This document shows positions 14,770 through 20,000 of a stretch of 20,000 bases of DNA, piece by piece (within the stretch, counting starts at the first letter, position 1; each line of letters opens with the position of its first letter). Made by a program: the position numbers and the translations under genes. The stretch lies in IMG/VR virus record IMGVR_UViG_3300031216_000010; one strand, given 5' to 3'. The notes under the pieces were generated by a model that did not search any database, had not been told where the DNA came from, and saw nothing but the letters and a program-made list of their open reading frames with translations. The stretch comes from an uncultured virus (IMG/VR IMGVR_UViG_3300031216_000010) (Duplodnaviria > Heunggongvirae > Uroviricota > Caudoviricetes).

Positions 14770-14859
14770 GGAGTAGTTGAGCACTGGCAAGCTCCCTCGC
14801 TTGGAAAGCGAGCAGTCGGTGTGATAATCGGCTTGCGGGTTCGACTCCCGCCTACTCCT
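14770..14859 (+). tRNA. tRNA-Ser (anticodon GGA)
   Basis: Acceptor GGAGTAG/CTACTCC, D stem GAGC/GCTC, anticodon arm CTCGC-TTGGAAA-GCGAG, long variable arm, T arm GCGGG-TTCGACT-CCCGC, U73. Confidence 0.9.
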
Positions 14860-14869
14860 TTTCCTCCAA

Positions 14870-14885
14870 CGATAATCCGTTTGTA
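14870..14885 (+). promoter_or_regulatory. Putative phage-specific (late) promoter motif
   Basis: CGATAATCCGTTTGTA lies about 30 nt upstream of the 14916 operon. It is 12/16 identical (all differences transitions) to CGGTGATTCGTTTATA at 1230-1245 on the - strand. Confidence 0.4.
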
Positions 14886-14915
14886 GCCCTTGTTTGTGTA
14901 ACCTTTAACAGGAGA

Positions 14916-15998
14916 ATGCAAATGCCTTCAAACGTCGTCAAAACCAAAAAAGATGAAGAAAAGTGGGAAAAGGCCAAAGAGCTTGCTGCCGATCAGGGGC
15001 ACAAAGAGGAGTACGATTACATCATGGGGATCTACAAAAAGATGAAGCCGGACTATTTCAAGGACAAGAAAGGGGCATCAGACCCTATGCGGTATATCAG
15101 AGACATCAGTGATCTGCCGGGGCGTGTGGCCGACAAAGCTTTAGCTCTCCCTGTTGCGCCTCGAATGGCAGGAGGCAAAGGCTACTTTAAAGGTGATGGG
15201 GTGTCTCTGGACATCAATTCAGCTTCAAAAATTGGCAAGCAAATCCGCCTCTTCAACAACACGAATTTTTTAGGCGTCGTACAGGGGCAGGTTCGCTGGG
15301 GCAGGGCTTTCGTGCTGCATTCTACGAGCTTCGACGCTAAGTACATGGCACTAGATCTGGGCCTAACGGCCCGCCGCATTGATGATGAGCGCAGTGTATG
15401 GATCGTGTATGCCTTGCGTGAAGATGGTAAGAGGTCTTCCTTGAGGGAAGATGTTATCCGCCTTGCTTACGAACAGCCGTCTCTGCGAAAAGACCTCCTA
15501 CCTTTGGTTACAGCGGCCTTTGACCCTATGGAATTTCTAGAGGGACCCCAAGGCGATTCGGGCATCTTGTGGGATGCAGTGACCGAGCAGGCTAAGAAAG
15601 CGATGCACGGAGAACTGTCCCGCGCTATGAAAGAGTGCACCGGCACGTCTCGTCGGAGTGAGACGTTCAAGAACAAGCGTTTGAGAATTTCATCTAGCAA
15701 GCTTCGGGTGTCCGTGCAGGACCGGGATTTTCAAGCACTAGTAGGCCGTGCTGCCGAAGGCGCAGAATTCTTGGGATTCACGCAGGCTAGTGTGTCATCT
15801 CTTGGTTTCAATGCGTATGTGCAGGTCCGGGTCCCTATGATTGACGCTGATATGGGTAGAGACCCCCAGAGAGTTCTCTCACAGGATGCAGATAAGGTAG
15901 CCAAAGCCCTTGGGAAGATATTCAAGGACGTACGTCTCTCAAAGTTTGAGGACGATGATGGTTATGCTATGGTGGTCCAGTACGAAATAACAGGCTAA
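14916..15998 (+). CDS. Modular hypothetical phage protein with a ChaB-like N-terminal helical module; possible virion-internal protein
   Basis: The AGGAG SD spacing favours ATG 14922. N-terminal module 'MPSNVVKTKKDEEKWEKAK.......Y.YIMGIYKKM' and internal module 'SLREDVIRLAYEQPSLRKDLLPLV'. Confidence 0.75.
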   Translation: MQMPSNVVKTKKDEEKWEKAKELAADQGHKEEYDYIMGIYKKMKPDYFKDKKGASDPMRYIRDISDLPGRVADKALALPVAPRMAGGKGYFKGDGVSLDINSASKIGKQIRLFNNTNFLGVVQGQVRWGRAFVLHSTSFDAKYMALDLGLTARRIDDERSVWIVYALREDGKRSSLREDVIRLAYEQPSLRKDLLPLVTAAFDPMEFLEGPQGDSGILWDAVTEQAKKAMHGELSRAMKECTGTSRRSETFKNKRLRISSSKLRVSVQDRDFQALVGRAAEGAEFLGFTQASVSSLGFNAYVQVRVPMIDADMGRDPQRVLSQDADKVAKALGKIFKDVRLSKFEDDDGYAMVVQYEITG

Positions 15999-16007
15999 AG
16001 TAAACAC

Positions 16008-16244
16008 ATGCAAAAACTCGCCAATGAAATCGCTCGTATCCACCTGTCAAACCTCGACTTTGATGTCATCCTCCTAGACGGGGGTATTCGCATCTGGAAA
16101 GGGGAGGCTCAAGAGTTACTAAGGGACAACGACTTTGAGAGGGAACTTGAAGAAGCTCTATTCGCTCTCGCTAACAAGCGTCGTGGGTCTGAGGTGAGCG
16201 TTGGGGGCGGCGCAGCGGGGGAATGGATTATCCGGCGAACCTGA
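16008..16244 (+). CDS. Hypothetical protein (78 aa)
   Basis: Tight operon spacing (9 nt after the upstream stop, 1 nt before the next ATG). Confidence 0.65.
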   Translation: MQKLANEIARIHLSNLDFDVILLDGGIRIWKGEAQELLRDNDFERELEEALFALANKRRGSEVSVGGGAAGEWIIRRT

Positions 16245-16245
16245 T

Positions 16246-16973
16246 ATGCAATACATCCACTTTACAGACCTTAAAGGTGCTCGTGGTATCAAAAGCACAA
16301 GCACCATCCTCGGCTCCTCTTATGGGCCGCTGGTGTTTTTGCGGTTGAAGAAGGCAGTCTTTATGTCCCCGGCGTGATTCCCGGACAAGGCCGGGGTAGA
16401 GCCGAAAACCGTGAAGTGGCTGTTGTTTTCACCACAAAGCAGAGGCCCGATTACCGACACACAGAAGAGGTGGCTTGGCGGGAAGAAGAATTACCGGTTA
16501 CGGTCAAGGCTGTGCTTCCGGCAAAGAAGGCGATAGACAAGTATTTCATCCGGGGCGTTAGCTCGCAGCAAGTGGCGGACTCTCTCTACCTATTAGACTG
16601 GCAGGATACCGATTCGGCTTGGCGAAGAAAGGTGGAAGGGCAGGCAGGCTTACGTGAGAACGGTATGGCGTATATTAAGGACTCTCGTATACGCCTAGAC
16701 GGAATTTTCTTCACGGTCGAGTTCATAGGTGCTACTGAGAAACCCGAGGAGCACCTGTTAGAGGGATTCTATAAGGCCCTCCCCGCACTCCACGACCTCC
16801 CGATAACCGGTACTGAGCTTGTGGGGTGGGAAGAGGGGCGCTGGAGATCTTGGATGGAAGAGGGTTCGGACTACCAAGAAACGCTCCAAGCAGAGATGAA
16901 GCTGGTGCTGGATAAGGCCAAAATAGCCTTGGCCCTTCGAGTGGCCTCCGCGCATCTGCGTCGGTTCACCTAA
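16246..16973 (+). pseudogene. ADP-ribosyltransferase-like (H-Y-E type) protein, frameshifted near 16325-16330
   Basis: ATG 16246 gives MQYIHFTDLKGARGIKSTSTILGSSYGP. The -1 frame gives AGVFAVEEGSLYVPGVIPGQGRGRAENREVAVVFTT...HTEEVAW and continues into the track ORF 16374..16973. Confidence 0.55.
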
Positions 16974-16994
16974 CACCTTTCAGATGAGGAAATC

Positions 16995-17648
16995 ATGAAC
17001 GAGCTAATCCAACCCGAACAGTACGATGTGCCTGACGAGTCTTCCCAGCGGACCAAATTCGCTATGGGGGCCGTGTGGGTAGGCATCCCTATGCTTTTGA
17101 TCACGCTATCAGCAACCCTGTATTTGGCATTCACCGGAGTTGAAACCGGTGGCCTTCTGGCAATGGTGGGTCTGGACCTTACTGTAGCCGGGGTATTGTC
17201 ATGGGCGCTGTATTCTTACTACACGCGGGCCAATTTCAGCTACGAAGTTCTAGGCATCGACGTCACCTTTGACGGGGACGATTATTACGTGCCTGCGGAA
17301 GAGATGCTGAAACTTGTCCGGGCCGTCATGAACACATGGAGCGGTCACCTTGACGTTGACCCAAAAGAGGTTTACGATGGGGTGAGTTTGACGGTACTCA
17401 CCCGCCAGCCAGATCACCCCTACGAACGAGGTCAGAAAGCGGTCGGCCTCACCTACCACCAGACACGACGAAGCCTTATATGGGGGCCGTACGCCTTGAA
17501 CACAGGCGGGGCGGGGTATGAACTCATGCTACATGCGGCGCAGTACAAGTGGCCGGATGCAGATGAGGGTGAGAAAATAGAGCGCATGGGAGAGCTTGGG
17601 ATTTTCGAGGCCCTTCGTCATGCGTATCGTAATGAGTTAGGCGAATAA
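16995..17648 (+). CDS. Membrane protein with two N-terminal TM helices and a soluble C-terminal domain
   Basis: GAGGA SD. Hydrophobic segments at about aa 22-46 and 53-76. Confidence 0.8.
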   Translation: MNELIQPEQYDVPDESSQRTKFAMGAVWVGIPMLLITLSATLYLAFTGVETGGLLAMVGLDLTVAGVLSWALYSYYTRANFSYEVLGIDVTFDGDDYYVPAEEMLKLVRAVMNTWSGHLDVDPKEVYDGVSLTVLTRQPDHPYERGQKAVGLTYHQTRRSLIWGPYALNTGGAGYELMLHAAQYKWPDADEGEKIERMGELGIFEALRHAYRNELGE

Positions 17649-17662
17649 CAGAGGTGCGAAAC

Positions 17663-18847
17663 ATGACAAATGTTCTTTCATTCAACAAGGTCAAAGCGGG
17701 CCTAGACAAGATAGCCAGCCTCGGTACCATCGAGGAAGAGTTTGAGGTCTACGGCATGACGGTCCGAATCCGAACGCTCACGGCAGATGAGCAGCAAGCC
17801 GTTATCCATTACATCGGAGACTACATGCGTCGTTACGATGATGACGAAGATGCGAGCATGGAGGCTTTGCAGAGTTTCGTCGCAGTGCGTAAGAAGGAAG
17901 CCCTGTCTTACGCCATCATGCAGGTAGGTGACATCGACCTCAGGGGTGTCTCTTTCGTGGAAACCGGTGAACAGACTGAGGAAGGTGTGAGTGTTAAGGT
18001 TCCCAAGCATGTGTTCGTGCGGGAACTCATCGGCCAGCTAGATTACGCTGCCGTTGATACTATTCACCGTAAGTACTCTGACCTCCTGAGCTTTTCAGAA
18101 GATAAGGCGGCGGAGAAGGTCCGTTTCCGGGACCCCGAAGAAGAGCTTGAAAAAGTCGAAGCCCGACGCCGGGAACTTCTAGAAGAGCTTGGCCGAGAAG
18201 ACGAACTCACACCTCCAGATACCAGCGAACCCGCGCCTCAACAGTCAGAGGACGTGAACTTAGCTGAGAACATCCGTGATAGGGCCTTCGCTAGGGTCGA
18301 AGCAGATCAAGAGGAGACGCTATTGGAAGAAAGGCGCTCTGAGGTCCCTCCAACCCCCTCTAACAGCCAAGAGGATGATGGTGAGACAGACGAAGAAGAA
18401 CCTTATCCAGATTCCATTGACGTGGCGGGCACCAAGTTTGTCCGCTTAGATGACCCGGATACACCTTACACTGACGAGGAACAATCTCTCCTAGAAGAGC
18501 AGGAACGCCTCTACAAGCAGAAGTATGGGAGAGAGGAACCACCTGAAGCTAAGGATGCGCGGGAAGCTAAGGAACGCCTCCAGAAGCGCAGGGGGCCACG
18601 TCAGCCTTTGAATCAGACGGATGCACAGGTCACTCAGGGCACGTTGCCCTCTGAAAGAGAGGCAAGCCGTCCAACCAAGGTTCGGAAGCAGGAGATTGAC
18701 CCGGACTCTATCCCTCTAGCAGAGGGTTATAGTCGAGACAATGCCGAGCCACTTAGCAGACGCCACACGCAGCCCAACCCCGGCATTGATGAAGGTGCTC
18801 TCAACCCACCAGCTAAGGGCGGAGACAACCTTAATTTCAAGGGATGA
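17663..18847 (+). CDS. Putative tail assembly chaperone-like protein with a long acidic disordered C-terminus
   Basis: GAGGTG SD precedes ATG 17663. The N-domain 'EEEFEVYGMTVRIRTLTADEQ.........LSYAI.Q.....L' resembles tail chaperone folds. The tail is E/D/P-rich. Function is inferred. Confidence 0.7.
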   Translation: MTNVLSFNKVKAGLDKIASLGTIEEEFEVYGMTVRIRTLTADEQQAVIHYIGDYMRRYDDDEDASMEALQSFVAVRKKEALSYAIMQVGDIDLRGVSFVETGEQTEEGVSVKVPKHVFVRELIGQLDYAAVDTIHRKYSDLLSFSEDKAAEKVRFRDPEEELEKVEARRRELLEELGREDELTPPDTSEPAPQQSEDVNLAENIRDRAFARVEADQEETLLEERRSEVPPTPSNSQEDDGETDEEEPYPDSIDVAGTKFVRLDDPDTPYTDEEQSLLEEQERLYKQKYGREEPPEAKDAREAKERLQKRRGPRQPLNQTDAQVTQGTLPSEREASRPTKVRKQEIDPDSIPLAEGYSRDNAEPLSRRHTQPNPGIDEGALNPPAKGGDNLNFKG

Positions 18848-18859
18848 TTCAGACATGTT

Positions 18860-20000
18860 ATGCGTGACTACACTGAGCTAGAAACCCTCTTATACCGGGG
18901 TTTCTTGACATCGGAGGTAGTGGTTGGCGACGTTCCCATCGTGCTCAAGTCGATGAACCATGTCGAGTATGAGTTACTAGACCTGCAATCCTTCGGGACC
19001 GGGCCGGGTTGGGAAGAAGAGGCAGGCTACACGCTTGCCTATTCTACGGCTTTCTTCAACCACATCAACATCCTCCCGCAGCGCCACGAGATGGTGCCGA
19101 CCCTAGCAGAGGCATTTGCGAAGATGCCTCGGTCTGTGCTGGTCTCCCTTTTAATTGTTACGCAGGGCTTAAACCGCAAGACGGCAAAGCTCATGGAGTG
19201 GGTCCAGCCTTATTCTTACGGACCTGAGTCCCGACAGAATTGGGTCATGCGCCGGGGCCAAAACCTCTGTGACACAAAGACTACAGGGTTCTCTGGTACC
19301 AGTGATCTGGGTGTCAATATGCACCAAAAGCTCTGGACGTATTTCAACAGCATGGAAGACGAGGAATCGGCCTTCTTAGCGGACTACAACCTCGCCAAGT
19401 TTATGATAAGCCCGCACAGTAAGGACGTTCAAAAGATGGACCAGAAGGATTCCAAGAAGATGCGTACTCGTGACCAGCGCCGCAAGGCTATCTATCAGGG
19501 TACAGATCCTTCGGTGTTCACAGAGAACGGGCAAATCAAGGTCACAAACGAGACTGCCGAGGAGCTACTGGACCAGATGGAGCGGTCTGTCAAAGGTGAG
19601 AAGGATTACCACGACTTGGTTATTGAAGAGCACCAACGCCGTGTGCGTCAGGGCTACCAGAAGCAACGAGAAGATGAAGAGAGACGTAAAGAAGAGGCAC
19701 GCCAGCGCCAGCGTGAAGATTACCGCCGAGAGCTAGAGCAAGAGCTAGAAGGCTATACGCCGGAAGAGATAGAGCACTACTTAAAGGTAGCAGACAACCG
19801 GAGCTTTGAGCGCCGCCAAGACATGGTTCAAAAACCAACGGTATCGGTGGAAGAACAAGAGCGCAATCTGCTCCGGTGGGGCTTCTTGGAGGAACAAGAT
19901 TTGCCCGCCGAACGACGCCACTACTACAAGGAAGCTGCTCAAAAGTCGTCGGACAATGAGAATCCATTGATAAAAGAACATTATGAGAGGGTGAGCAATG
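18860..20000 (+). CDS. Hypothetical phage protein (tail-chaperone partner-like), runs off the right edge
   Basis: Not in the ORF track because it has no stop in the window. Open frame MRDYTELETLLYRGFLTSEVVVGDVPIVLKSMNHVEYELL...TGFSGTSDLGVNMHQKLWTYFN... with a charged coiled-coil C-terminal part. Confidence 0.8.
   Translation, partial: MRDYTELETLLYRGFLTSEVVVGDVPIVLKSMNHVEYELLDLQSFGTGPGWEEEAGYTLAYSTAFFNHINILPQRHEMVPTLAEAFAKMPRSVLVSLLIVTQGLNRKTAKLMEWVQPYSYGPESRQNWVMRRGQNLCDTKTTGFSGTSDLGVNMHQKLWTYFNSMEDEESAFLADYNLAKFMISPHSKDVQKMDQKDSKKMRTRDQRRKAIYQGTDPSVFTENGQIKVTNETAEELLDQMERSVKGEKDYHDLVIEEHQRRVRQGYQKQREDEERRKEEARQRQREDYRRELEQELEGYTPEEIEHYLKVADNRSFERRQDMVQKPTVSVEEQERNLLRWGFLEEQDLPAERRHYYKEAAQKSSDNENPLIKEHYERVSN

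Noticed and set aside
19009..19981. Short track ORFs in the last kilobase
   Set aside because: Alternative-frame or antisense shadows of the open ORF that starts at 18860.

Overview
This window most likely comes from a large (jumbo-type) bacteriophage genome rather than a bacterial chromosome; this is an inference from gene content, and the host is unknown. It is gene-dense, mostly on the + strand, and has overlapping start/stop codons. The left part carries host-like housekeeping genes: a partial ECF sigma factor (- strand), an Nfu/NifU Fe-S carrier, a GyrB/ParE-type topoisomerase II B subunit, Lon protease and a stand-alone DnaJ-type zinc finger. The middle holds eight tRNA genes without encoded CCA (Arg-TCT, Thr-GGT, His-GTG, Thr-TGT, Leu-CAA, Leu-TAA, Ser-TGA, Ser-GGA). 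These are interspersed with small phage-type genes: thermonuclease, HNH, NUDIX, HAD phosphatase, a MazG-like protein and winged-helix proteins. The right part looks like a late/virion operon. Main leads: two candidate structured RNAs (about 930-1225 on - and 7965-8052 on +); a shared non-sigma70 promoter-like motif; three genes each split by a single lesion; an ADP-ribosyltransferase-like protein among ORFs sharing an 'RVA..HL'-type motif; and an in-frame TGA between two tail-chaperone-like ORFs. All family calls come from motif recognition by eye; no searches were run.
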